From Methanomassiliicoccales archaeon (GTDB lineage Archaea > Thermoplasmatota > Thermoplasmata > Methanomassiliicoccales > JACIVX01), in assembly GCA_029907465.1 (NCBI GenBank), contig JARYLV010000001.1, positions 8,544 to 72,543 of the forward strand: DNA of 64,000 bases, given 5' to 3'. Numbering within the stretch: position 1 is the stretch's first letter; each line of letters opens with the position of its first letter. A model generated the notes under the pieces. It had not been told where the DNA came from. It was given only the letters and a program-made list of their open reading frames with translations, and did not search any database. The position numbers and the translations under genes were made by a program. Below are positions 48,831 to 58,011 of this stretch, in pieces.

Positions 48831-49331
48831 ACATACTTTACATTAAAAAAGGATAATGATTTATATTGCACAACAAGAGCGATGTGCACTTTGATGCCTA
48901 GACGCCAAAAAAATTGAAGTGGGGTAGTCTGCAAAGAAGGACAACATGTTTTCATTGAAATTTCGGTAATACCAATTTCTCTGTTCGCAAAGCGGATGCT
49001 CTACAATCTTGCACCTTTATGCTGGGTCTTGATAAGGATTGCTTGTGTACTATCGAATAATAAGGTTTACACTTTAAAAGCGTAGTTGTTACCATTTGTT
49101 CACCATACTTCTACATCAGCTAGATTAATAAAAAGATAATATTATTGCGCGATCGGAGAAACAAACATAACGATTTAATCACTCTGAAAAATAAGCTTTC
49201 AGATATCAATGATCTAATATAAATAAATTCCAGTGTCTGCCAAGTTTTGGAAAAATCTATATATGTAGTTTCCATTAGTGTCTTTTTGTATAATTCCACA
49301 CGTGGGGTCTAAAACAAAGGGAGGAAAATGA

Positions 49332-49901
49332 ATGGACGTATATAACATGTTGGTGCCGATAACCCTCGTCATGTGGTTTTGCGGCATCTCCTGTTTCGTC
49401 GGCGGATGGCTGGTGTTAGGGAGAGCTGACGCAAAGGGCGGGGGTATGGTAGTAGCCATGGGTGGTATCGCTGCGACGTTGACCGTCTTTATCAGCCTAG
49501 CTGTGTACGCACCGTCCAACTCAATGATAGCAGCAGGTCCAGTTGGCACACCCACAAGTGCCGCACTGTTCCTGATCTGCCCGATAATCTATGGATTGGT
49601 GCTGACATCTTTCGGGTTCCACGCATTCAATGGATGGGACGGTCGCAGTCAGGGATGGCTAGCGCTTTACATGGGGTTGACCGCACTTTGGTGCCAGTAT
49701 ATGTTCTGGCCGGACGTTTTCTGGCAAATAATGAACTTCACATGGGTTGTTGCGCTGTTTGCAACAGCAGCGGCTAACCTGACGAAGTGGCCTGTCGCAA
49801 AGTTCCTGGCAGTCTGGCTGATATTTGCCTGCGGTCTCTTCAGCCTGTTGTTCGCTAGCTGCGCGCTCGTGTCTGGCTGGTCATCTTGGGGAACAATCTA
49901 A
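49332..49901 (+). CDS. AmiS/UreI-family channel-like membrane protein (paralog 2)
   Basis: NGWDGRSQGWLALYMGLTAL resembles the AmiS VDGKGLGWFCLFVSLTAC block. Six hydrophobic segments. ATG follows GGGAGGAAAA. Confidence 0.6.
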   Translation: MDVYNMLVPITLVMWFCGISCFVGGWLVLGRADAKGGGMVVAMGGIAATLTVFISLAVYAPSNSMIAAGPVGTPTSAALFLICPIIYGLVLTSFGFHAFNGWDGRSQGWLALYMGLTALWCQYMFWPDVFWQIMNFTWVVALFATAAANLTKWPVAKFLAVWLIFACGLFSLLFASCALVSGWSSWGTI

Positions 49902-49904
49902 ACC

Positions 49905-49950
49905 CCTAAAACACTTTTTTTTATTCTTTCTCTTATTTATTTCTTAAGAC
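49905..49950. terminator. T-rich tract between convergent genes
   Basis: A run of 8 T (49915-49922) followed by further T-rich sequence. Oligo-T is the usual archaeal termination signal. Confidence 0.3.
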
Positions 49951-50007
49951 TGGCAAAAATGCATTTTATCAAACAAATAAAAATAGTGATTTTGAATGGC
50001 ATCGGTA

Positions 50008-50418
50008 TTATGTTTCTTTCGCCATTTTCATGCGCTCGCTTATAATTTCAATCATTAATTTGGCTTCTTTTGCAGGATTAATCCAATAAATCGTCCTCTT
50101 GATTCGTCCAGCAACAATATCGACGCATCCGCTGAAATATCTGGTCTCACATGGTCCCACTGATGTTATTTGATCATATGGGTATTCCTCAACTTCAAAC
50201 TCTTTCAGGAATCTGGGGATGATTATCACAACCCTCTGGTTGGTGGCCATAAATATACCGACAGGTGTTCTTTCACTCTTACCAGGATATACGTCCTTGA
50301 TCCGGCAGTTCGTGATCACATGCAGAACTTCTTCTCCGGGCTTCAAAATCCTGTTGATCAGCCAATCCTGATTCCTGCTAAACTGGTACTTGAAAAACTC
50401 TTTGTTGATCTTTGCCAT
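50008..50418 (-). CDS. Bacterial-type PH (YokE-like) domain protein, unknown function
   Basis: The pattern GEEVLHV...GIFMATNQRVVII...YPYDQITSV...VDIV fits a bPH fold. ATG 50418 follows AGGAG. The ORF track start is 50508. Confidence 0.5.
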   Translation of the reverse strand: MAKINKEFFKYQFSRNQDWLINRILKPGEEVLHVITNCRIKDVYPGKSERTPVGIFMATNQRVVIIIPRFLKEFEVEEYPYDQITSVGPCETRYFSGCVDIVAGRIKRTIYWINPAKEAKLMIEIISERMKMAKET

Positions 50419-50844
50419 CCTTGATCCGCTCCTATTAGCCTGATATGTATCGGACATTTCTTTATTTATTTTAAGCTTCCGAAATATTACATTGCTTTTG
50501 CTATTCAAAAAATAATATTTTTGCGACTAACGAGCACTAACTATAAAGATGTAGTAGCTCGACCTCTTTCTGTAGGAAGAATTTATCAATAGGTTTTTTA
50601 GGGGTCAAAATGTACTCACTTTTGCCAAATTGATGAGAAAAAAAGAGTCCGGGCTTCAAAATTCACCAAAAAGTTGACAGGGTAGGTATTCAATGATTTC
50701 AATTATCACTTGGCTATTATAATCACTACCATCAACGAGGCGCGATAATCTATTTTCTGATCCGCGAGCCGGTATACAAAATAGAAAAACACAAGCTAAT
50801 TCAGAGTCAGAGAAATTGGTGCCAAATCTTCAAAAAAATCAATT

Positions 50845-51480
50845 CTATTCAGCCGGCTTATTCCCCTTCCTCTTTTTCAAATAGTAATAAATCACGATCA
50901 TTGCCGCAACATCAATGACTACAATCGCACTAATGATCGTCGCCCACGGCGGGGGAATCCCTATATCAAAGGGCGCGAAAGAAGTCAGAAGAGGTACCAG
51001 CCCCTCACCTCTGTAAACTACTACACGCATTTCATTCCCGTAACTGTAGCCAAAGTCATTAGATGAAAATCTAATTGTCACAAGATAAGAGATCTCATGA
51101 TCGCTACCCGTCACGTTGGTCTCCGACACACTGCCCTCGATCAATTCAACGGACACAAGAAAATTCCCAGATTCGATGATTTCTCCATCTGGGGCAAAAT
51201 TCCCTACAGCAACGAGCTCATCTTTGATGTCGTAAATGCTGATGATGATTTTTTCGAATTGAATACTCTCGTCCTCTTCAAGATCAATAATGACCAAAAA
51301 ACTGCTCTCCCGATCAAGCTGAAAGGCTGATGGCACGTTTGACAGCCTGACCTCGTATGCATATGCACCCGTTGTCAATAAATTGGTACTAGCAATAAAG
51401 CCTAACAATAAGATAACCGTTGCAACTGGAACAGACACCCACCGACTCCTAGTCACGAAGACAACCTGCCATTTGTGCAA
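50845..51480 (-). CDS. Bitopic membrane/extracellular protein, unknown function
   Basis: N-terminal signal anchor, a beta-rich middle and a C-terminal TM plus KKRKGNK tail. TTG start. No recognisable family. Confidence 0.45.
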   Translation of the reverse strand: MHKWQVVFVTRSRWVSVPVATVILLLGFIASTNLLTTGAYAYEVRLSNVPSAFQLDRESSFLVIIDLEEDESIQFEKIIISIYDIKDELVAVGNFAPDGEIIESGNFLVSVELIEGSVSETNVTGSDHEISYLVTIRFSSNDFGYSYGNEMRVVVYRGEGLVPLLTSFAPFDIGIPPPWATIISAIVVIDVAAMIVIYYYLKKRKGNKPAE

Positions 51481-51611
51481 GATATCTATTGTCTTCTTAG
51501 ATATTTCACAATTACCGATATCAATCCTACTATTCCATTAATCAATCAGCCGCTATTTGATTGACATGGGGGATGACTACCGATATTGAATAAACAATTG
51601 GAAGATCAAAG

Positions 51612-51658
51612 AATCAAAATTGATAGAAAATGAGCGCAATCGCTCCAACACGTTTTTT
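51612..51658 (-). terminator. Hairpin with flanking T-tracts downstream of the P-type ATPase
   Basis: GAGCG-caat-CGCTC (51632-51645). On the minus strand it is followed by TTTTCTATCAATTTT. T6 lies on the plus side. Confidence 0.35.
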
Positions 51659-51723
51659 AGAACTGAGGGGATGGGATTACAACATTTGAGGTTGATTCAA
51701 GATCAATTGACCATACCGTCCCT

Positions 51724-53832
51724 TTAACGTACGAGTCTCATCGCATTGGAAATAACAGCAAATGAAGTTCCTAGATCACCGATCAGTATAGCGAGCCAAA
51801 GTGTAATGAAGCCAGGAAAAGCAAGGACAAAGAAAATCGACTTGACCGCGAGAGAAACTGTGATATTCTGTTTAATCACTCTAGAAGCACGTCTACTCAG
51901 CTTAATACCAAATGATAGCGCCCTCAGATCATCCCCCATAAGCGCAACATCAGCAGTCTCCAACGCAATATCTGTCCCTGCAACACCCATTGCAATGCCG
52001 ATTTCAGCTTTTGCAAGCGCAGGTGCATCATTGACACCATCACCGACCATAATAACTGAGCCATATTTCTGCTGGTATTCCTCGATTGCCTTTACTTTGT
52101 GTTCAGGAAGCAATCGCGCTTTATACTCGTCGAGCTGTAGCTCCTCGGCAACTCCCGCAGCAACCTTTTCACTATCCCCGGTTAGCATCACAATTTTTCT
52201 TATACCAAGAGCTCTCAATTCTTGAATAACTTCACGGGCCTCGGGTCTCACCGCATCACGAATTGTCAATATCCCAATAGCTTCCCTTTCCGTTCCGACA
52301 ACGACCACGGTCTTGCCATCAGCAGTTTTGCTTTCGATGAGATCTTTGTGAACCGAAAGATCGATTCCTTGCTCGAGGAAAAACTCGGGACTTCCGCAGA
52401 AAATTCTGTTCCCCAAGATCACGGCGGCTACTCCTTTGCCTGATACGGACTCAAACGCATCGGTCTCCTCAATTCCGATCCGCATCTCTTCGGCCTTTGC
52501 TATCACTGCTCGCGCGAGATGGTGTTCCGATCGGTTCTCGGCGGAAGCAGCGAGTTTCAGTACTTCATATTCTGAATAATTCTTGAAGGGGATAATTTCA
52601 TCAACCTCTGGCTTTCCCTTCGTGATCGTCCCCGTCTTGTCAAACGCGATAACGGGTATCTGCCCCATTCTCTCGAGATAAACACCGCCTTTAAAGAGAA
52701 CCCCGCGCCTCGTTGCGCCCGTGATGGCCGAGACAACAGTAACGGGTGTAGAAATCACAAGGGCACACGGACATGAAATGACAAGGAGGACGAGCCCTCT
52801 GTAAAACCAGACTTCGAACGGCTCTCTGAAAAGCAGAGGAGGAATGACGACTGTTAGAACTGCGACGAGAACAATGAAGGGAGTATAGTATTTTGCAAAT
52901 CTATCTATGAATCGCTCAGTCGGAGCTTTCTCGCTCTCTGCTTCTTCAACCAGCTGTACAATTCTTGAAATGACTGTGTCCCTGAATTTTTTTGCAGCTT
53001 CAATTTCAAGATACCCCGATGTATTCAATGTCCCTGCGAAGACCTGATCACCAGGTTTTTTCGTTATAGGCATCGACTCGCCCGTTATTGGTGCCTCGTC
53101 AACCGATGAGCTTCCAGAGATCACCGTGCCATCTATTGGAATTCTTTCCCCTGGCTTAATGATAACAATATCGCCAATTTCGATGTCGCTCACATCGTAA
53201 TACTCTTCTTTACCACCTTTACGAACGAGTGCGCGGTTTGGAGCGATATCCATCAGTTCATAAATCGATTTTCTCGTACGGGCGATGGAAAAGGATTCTA
53301 GCATTTCTGCCATGGAAAACAAGAAAACGATTGCAGCGCCCTCCGAGTATGAGCCTATCGCAATTGAGCCGCAGATGGCGATGACCATGAGCATGTTGAT
53401 ATCGAGATATTTTTCGAGAACTGCCGCGATGCCCCTGCGGGCGATGTAGTATCCGCCAATAATAATCGCGATTCCATAAAACAAAAAATAGAGTTTGAGT
53501 TCTTCGAGAAGAACTTCTGTGACAATCCCAAGTATTAGAAAAATGCCTGATACAACTGTCGCAACAAGTCTTCTGTTCCTCCATGTAAAAAAATCTTCAT
53601 ATTCACCCCGTTGGATAGGCTCAAGCTTATATCCCAACAGTCCAAGAGACCTCCTAAGCTGCTCAGTTGAAACTTTGCCCTTTTCGACTTCCACCGACAT
53701 TTTACCCAGAGTATAGGAAACACGGACTTGCTTGACACCCTCAATCTCCTTAACGACTTTCTCAATTTTCTTCGCGCATTCAATGCAGTCCATTCCGTCT
53801 ATTCGACAGACCAATCGCTGGGACCCTTCCAC
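51724..53832 (-). CDS. Heavy-metal translocating P1B-type ATPase (Zn/Cd/Pb-like signature)
   Basis: N-terminal HMA domain GMDCIECAKK, TM6 SCPCALVISTP, DKTGTIT, GDGVNDAP, and late-TM Lys (AVKS) and Asp (GDLGTS) as in ZntA/CadA-type pumps. GTG start. Confidence 0.92.
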   Translation of the reverse strand: MEGSQRLVCRIDGMDCIECAKKIEKVVKEIEGVKQVRVSYTLGKMSVEVEKGKVSTEQLRRSLGLLGYKLEPIQRGEYEDFFTWRNRRLVATVVSGIFLILGIVTEVLLEELKLYFLFYGIAIIIGGYYIARRGIAAVLEKYLDINMLMVIAICGSIAIGSYSEGAAIVFLFSMAEMLESFSIARTRKSIYELMDIAPNRALVRKGGKEEYYDVSDIEIGDIVIIKPGERIPIDGTVISGSSSVDEAPITGESMPITKKPGDQVFAGTLNTSGYLEIEAAKKFRDTVISRIVQLVEEAESEKAPTERFIDRFAKYYTPFIVLVAVLTVVIPPLLFREPFEVWFYRGLVLLVISCPCALVISTPVTVVSAITGATRRGVLFKGGVYLERMGQIPVIAFDKTGTITKGKPEVDEIIPFKNYSEYEVLKLAASAENRSEHHLARAVIAKAEEMRIGIEETDAFESVSGKGVAAVILGNRIFCGSPEFFLEQGIDLSVHKDLIESKTADGKTVVVVGTEREAIGILTIRDAVRPEAREVIQELRALGIRKIVMLTGDSEKVAAGVAEELQLDEYKARLLPEHKVKAIEEYQQKYGSVIMVGDGVNDAPALAKAEIGIAMGVAGTDIALETADVALMGDDLRALSFGIKLSRRASRVIKQNITVSLAVKSIFFVLAFPGFITLWLAILIGDLGTSFAVISNAMRLVR

Positions 53833-53939
53833 AAGCAGGGTTTAACTCGTCTTCAACATTTTTGGGTTTTGCTAAAATTCAATCGAAAAGTTATTAACCA
53901 GATGGTGATGCGTTTTCGGCATTCCTCGTCATCTCATTT

Positions 53940-54317
53940 TCAAACAATACTCACCGAGTATCTCACGTCCTTGAGAGATGAGAGCTCCTCTGTAAAAGAT
54001 CTAAGTTTCGAATACTCTCCAACCGCGATGATTTGCTCCACGCACCGGTCATTAAAATGACTGTGCAATGAACTCTTGATCATCTCAGAATGTTTATGCA
54101 TGATGTCGGCGACCTGGTGCTTCTTTTTCTTCTCATATGCCAAAGAAACTAGATAGAACCCTTCACCCTCGCTTCCCTCAACCAATTTGCTCAGCGATAC
54201 GAATTTGTGCAGAGCGGATCTCACGGCATCCGACCTGCTCGTAAACCCCAACCTCTTGGCAACCTCATCAAACTCCCGGAGCTCCTTTGCCGAAATAGAT
54301 ACGCTGATGACCACCAT
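53940..54317 (-). CDS. nikR: NikR-family metal-responsive transcriptional regulator (ribbon-helix-helix + ACT-like metal-binding domain)
   Basis: N-terminal RHH (ISVSISAKELREFDEVAKRLGFTSRSDAVRSAL). C-terminal His/Cys ligand set HKH...LHSHFNDRC. Confidence 0.8.
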   Translation of the reverse strand: MVVISVSISAKELREFDEVAKRLGFTSRSDAVRSALHKFVSLSKLVEGSEGEGFYLVSLAYEKKKKHQVADIMHKHSEMIKSSLHSHFNDRCVEQIIAVGEYSKLRSFTEELSSLKDVRYSVSIV

Positions 54318-54327
54318 AGGATCGTAT

Positions 54328-54353
54328 AATAAATATGAGCAATGATATTTATT
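54328..54353. promoter_or_regulatory. Perfect 9-bp inverted repeat just upstream of the nikR-like gene (candidate operator overlapping an A/T-rich promoter)
   Basis: AATAAATAT-gagcaatg-ATATTTATT, located 11-36 nt upstream of the ATG at 54317 (minus strand). Confidence 0.4.
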
Positions 54354-54413
54354 CCTGGCGGAGAATTCATTGGATTGTCCGCCTGATAATATGTATTGAG
54401 AATAGAGGAGAAA

Positions 54414-54977
54414 TCAGTTTTTTGCTCTTACGAGGTCTACAAGTTTCCACCCGAGCTCCCTCGCCTCTCTCAGCGCCGTCGAGTGGTCAACAATCGCTGC
54501 CTTCTTATCGATACCAGCAATCGTCAACTGACTTGTCAACTCTACGTCGATTGACACGAAAAAAGTTTTGAAGGTCGAGATCAAACTCTCGAAATGCGAT
54601 CGCTGCCGCCCCCCAACAAGTATGATCCCGCCAACCCTTCGCTTCCCGCCACCGATTTTTTCTCGTTTAATGAATTTCCTCGCCCAAATACATTGGCATC
54701 GATCAATCAGCATCTTTAACTGCGCTGGAACACCAGAGAAAAAGACTGGTGAAGAGATGATCATTACATCAAGTTCATCGATCAATTTGTAGATCAATTC
54801 CATGTCGTCATGATACTTACAGCTGCCATCATTCATGCAGCTATTACATTCCCTGCATCCGTGAAGGTCGAGTTTTTCAACGATGATCTTCTCGACACTC
54901 CCCCCTGCGTCTCTCGCACCGTCCAGCGCCGCATCAAGGAGAAGATCAGAATTCCCTCCAATTCTTGGGCTTCCCAT
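54414..54977 (-). CDS. Iron-sulfur flavoprotein (Isf) family; true N-terminus probably upstream of the listed ATG
   Basis: GSPRIGGNS and CRECNSCMNDGSC (Cx2Cx2Cx5C). The conserved first strand (IKVVGL) is encoded in frame upstream of ATG 54977, beginning at an ATC codon (54995-54993). Confidence 0.75.
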   Translation of the reverse strand: MGSPRIGGNSDLLLDAALDGARDAGGSVEKIIVEKLDLHGCRECNSCMNDGSCKYHDDMELIYKLIDELDVMIISSPVFFSGVPAQLKMLIDRCQCIWARKFIKREKIGGGKRRVGGIILVGGRQRSHFESLISTFKTFFVSIDVELTSQLTIAGIDKKAAIVDHSTALREARELGWKLVDLVRAKN

Positions 54978-55080
54978 CAGGCCAACAACTTTGATCAGGC
55001 AACTGCCCCCTAACAGCGAAAAACTAAGAGATTGGTATTCTTATATAAACTCAAGCCAGAGGAATTTGGTACTAGATGAA

Positions 55081-55443
55081 TTAATCAGATCGGAATACAT
55101 CGATGATCCGTTCTCTGAGGGTCTTGTAATATTCAAAGGTCTTAACGACATAGTCCTCAACACCATTTTTCATTGCTTCGAAACTGATGCGCGGATCATC
55201 AAATGCCGTTGTGAAGATAATCGGCACATTGACTCCCCGAGACTTTATCTTTTTAAGGAGCTCCAAGCCATCGATATCAGGAAGAGAATAATCGAGGATG
55301 ATAAGGTCGTAGCCGTTTTCACCGATTTTTTTCATCGCTTCCGCTGCGTTGAGCGCCTTATCTAGAATGAATTCATCCTTTGGAAGATACTCTGAGCACA
55401 GGGATAAATGCTCGATGTTGTCATCGACCATCAATACTTTCAT
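55081..55443 (-). CDS. Single-domain response regulator (CheY-like receiver)
   Basis: MKVLMVDDN ... LIILDYSLPDIDG ... VVKTF. The ORF track start is 55482. Confidence 0.85.
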   Translation of the reverse strand: MKVLMVDDNIEHLSLCSEYLPKDEFILDKALNAAEAMKKIGENGYDLIILDYSLPDIDGLELLKKIKSRGVNVPIIFTTAFDDPRISFEAMKNGVEDYVVKTFEYYKTLRERIIDVFRSD

Positions 55444-55970
55444 CGGCTTGGGTAAGGCTCGCAATTGAATCACCATTATCATCTTTCAACATTAAATATA
55501 TTTTTTCTTTAATTGCTTTTTCAACTAATCTTGCTGATCTCCGAACCCGATTTCAAATTGCGTTTGGTTCTCTATTCGATCAAAGAAAATTGTTATCTCA
55601 ACGCCGTCAACAAAAAAAATGGGGATCGATGCTACAACAAAGAAAATGAAGTTAGACAATTTTCCAGATGGCCAAGGAATATTCAATATGTGCAAGAATT
55701 AGGAGATTCTTTGGATCGTTGTTTTTGATTCATATATGACTCAAAAACCGTCTCTTGAATCGAAATATTTAAATAGAGGTTTTGATTTCTCCTGCCTCCA
55801 AGAGGTCTTGGGAAGGATCACCCCCAATTCTCCTCCTGAGTAGTATGAGTTTTGTAGTCTACTACCAACCTTCCCGACCTCTTTAAGTTTTTTGGGTTTT
55901 GTTAGAGTGTGGCAAAAACATCAATTCCTTCAAGATCGATCACTCAATCATTAAAGAAGAGAGAGGTCGA

Positions 55971-56771
55971 ATGCGCTTCGGTATAATGGTTACAATTGAG
56001 GATGCAGACAAGTTTAGGCACCAAAACTGGGACTTTGCCGAACTTCTGATCCGTGATCAAGATCGGAAGGAAACAATTGAGCACTTCCTTTCGAAGGATG
56101 CCATGTGCAAAATCATTCACGCACCAGAGTTAATACATTTTTCAGGTAGAAGGATGATTGTCGATCTCGCAAATGAAGACGATGAATTTAGAGAATCTTG
56201 CATTAAGAGAATCGCGGAAATTTGCGAGATTGCTGATTCTTATGGCCTGCCTACAGTCATCCATCCTGGCGGGGTTTACCCATACATGATTTCGGATCAC
56301 CAAGTGGTATTAGAGAGGCTCAAAACATCGCTCGAGTCGATCGGTGGCAAGAAGTGGATCGAAAATATGCCGAGATTCTATCACTTAAGTGACAAATTAT
56401 TGCACTGTAATATTCTTCTCTCACCAAAAGAATACAATGAGATCAAACGTCATGTGAATGGTCTTGTGTTAGATACGTCTCATGCATATCTATCAACAGC
56501 TGATGACGGCAACGAAATGATAAATCAATATTTTCTCGAATTGAATGAATCTATTAAGCATGTTCATTTGTCCGATGCAATCCAACCAGCGGGCGAGGGT
56601 CTCCAAATCGGAGAGGGAGAAATTCGTTTCAATTTTTTGAAAAGGATTGAGAATTTGCCGGTCCTACTTGAGATCCGTGGCGGCCACTTGAACAATGGAA
56701 TCGGATATATGGAGGCAAGGAAAAGAGTCGAGTCGATCCTCGAGAGAGATTGTGACCTAGACGCCCATTGA
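55971..56771 (+). CDS. Xylose-isomerase-like TIM-barrel protein (sugar phosphate isomerase/epimerase family)
   Basis: The pattern IHAPE ... VIHPGG ... IENM ... LDTSHA ... HVHLSD is typical of AP_endonuc_2 barrels. ATG 55971 follows GAGAGAGG. Confidence 0.7.
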   Translation: MRFGIMVTIEDADKFRHQNWDFAELLIRDQDRKETIEHFLSKDAMCKIIHAPELIHFSGRRMIVDLANEDDEFRESCIKRIAEICEIADSYGLPTVIHPGGVYPYMISDHQVVLERLKTSLESIGGKKWIENMPRFYHLSDKLLHCNILLSPKEYNEIKRHVNGLVLDTSHAYLSTADDGNEMINQYFLELNESIKHVHLSDAIQPAGEGLQIGEGEIRFNFLKRIENLPVLLEIRGGHLNNGIGYMEARKRVESILERDCDLDAH

Positions 56772-57944
56772 AATCCGCAGAGTATCCCTCACGCCTGGAG
56801 CAAGTCCTAGAAAAATTATAACGAACTTCATGATATTTGTTAGATTGGGGTACGCCATTAATTCCCGTTTAAAAAGAATATCGATCAAGATGAGGATGAG
56901 GATTACGAGCACGAGTTTGATCAGAATCATGATCGCTGCACTCCCAAAGATCTCAATGAAAAATGTCGGGAGCACATGCTTTTCCGCATAACCATAAAGA
57001 TCAATGCCCCGATATGTGGCAACCCCGTCGAGAAGGTGCGAAAAAATTAAAATGAGATTCAAAGGCGATGAAAGGAAAACTGTCTTGCCCTTACCAATAA
57101 ACCCAATCGCGGCCATGCATCCAGTCACTCCTGCCGCGATTCCAGGAATTATAAGGAGCTCGAGAGGATTTGTTCCCAACGAATGTGCCGTCCTCGAAAG
57201 AGCAATCGATTGCCATTCGGGGGAGTAGAAAAAGGCGATGACAAATGATGTCGACCAGAGAACAAAAAAGAAACCTGCGAATAAAATCGACGATCTCAGG
57301 GGGTCGGATCCCATTCTTAGCGATGCGCAATATGCAACAACCATAAGTGCCGCGAAAGCGATTGGGAGAAAGGGAGGGGGGATGAAAATGAAATTTGAGG
57401 GGAAGAGAGCAAATGCAATGAAATGCAGCATAAGGAAAATACCAACCAGAATACAAAACGGCAAACACACAAATTTCTTTTGCATTCCTTCTTTTCTTCG
57501 TTTTGCGAAGATTCCGGCGACAACTGTAAGGGAGAAGATGGCAATTATCGATATATAAATAATTGGTGAGATGAAAAGATACTGGATCACCCCATTAAAT
57601 AGATAAGCATCCTCAAGCGCACGGGAGATTCCGCCAAAAAGAATGAAGGGTATCGTGGCTACGATGAAATTTGTTTCCACATCAATTCGAAAGCGCAAGC
57701 AGATCTTATACATAAGAAAGATCGAGAGAATAAGTAAAGACCCGTAGACGAGTGTGCTCAGGAAGTTATAGCCCTCATAGATCCCACCCACGGGTTGCCC
57801 TGCCTTATCAGACTCGATGGGCCCCCAGAAGTACCGGTAAATAAATTCATACCAGATGATGTCCCTGAAAAAAAGACATGCGATGATAAGAATAAAACCC
57901 ACAAATGACGCTATTATAACGAAAATGAGAAATTTCCTTCGCAT
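56757..57944 (-). CDS. DUF63-family polytopic membrane protein (enlarged)
   Basis: C-terminal HLLDGVATYRGIDLYGYAEKHVLP block as I recall for DUF63, and many TM segments. Start is ATG 57944 or GTG 57983. Confidence 0.65.
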   Translation of the reverse strand: MRRKFLIFVIIASFVGFILIIACLFFRDIIWYEFIYRYFWGPIESDKAGQPVGGIYEGYNFLSTLVYGSLLILSIFLMYKICLRFRIDVETNFIVATIPFILFGGISRALEDAYLFNGVIQYLFISPIIYISIIAIFSLTVVAGIFAKRRKEGMQKKFVCLPFCILVGIFLMLHFIAFALFPSNFIFIPPPFLPIAFAALMVVAYCASLRMGSDPLRSSILFAGFFFVLWSTSFVIAFFYSPEWQSIALSRTAHSLGTNPLELLIIPGIAAGVTGCMAAIGFIGKGKTVFLSSPLNLILIFSHLLDGVATYRGIDLYGYAEKHVLPTFFIEIFGSAAIMILIKLVLVILILILIDILFKRELMAYPNLTNIMKFVIIFLGLAPGVRDTLRISMGV

Positions 57945-58011
57945 ATAGAAATCAGCCAGTAATTCAAAAAGGGAGTATTTCACCGATAAATTGAAAAGGA
58001 AAAAGGTGTAT

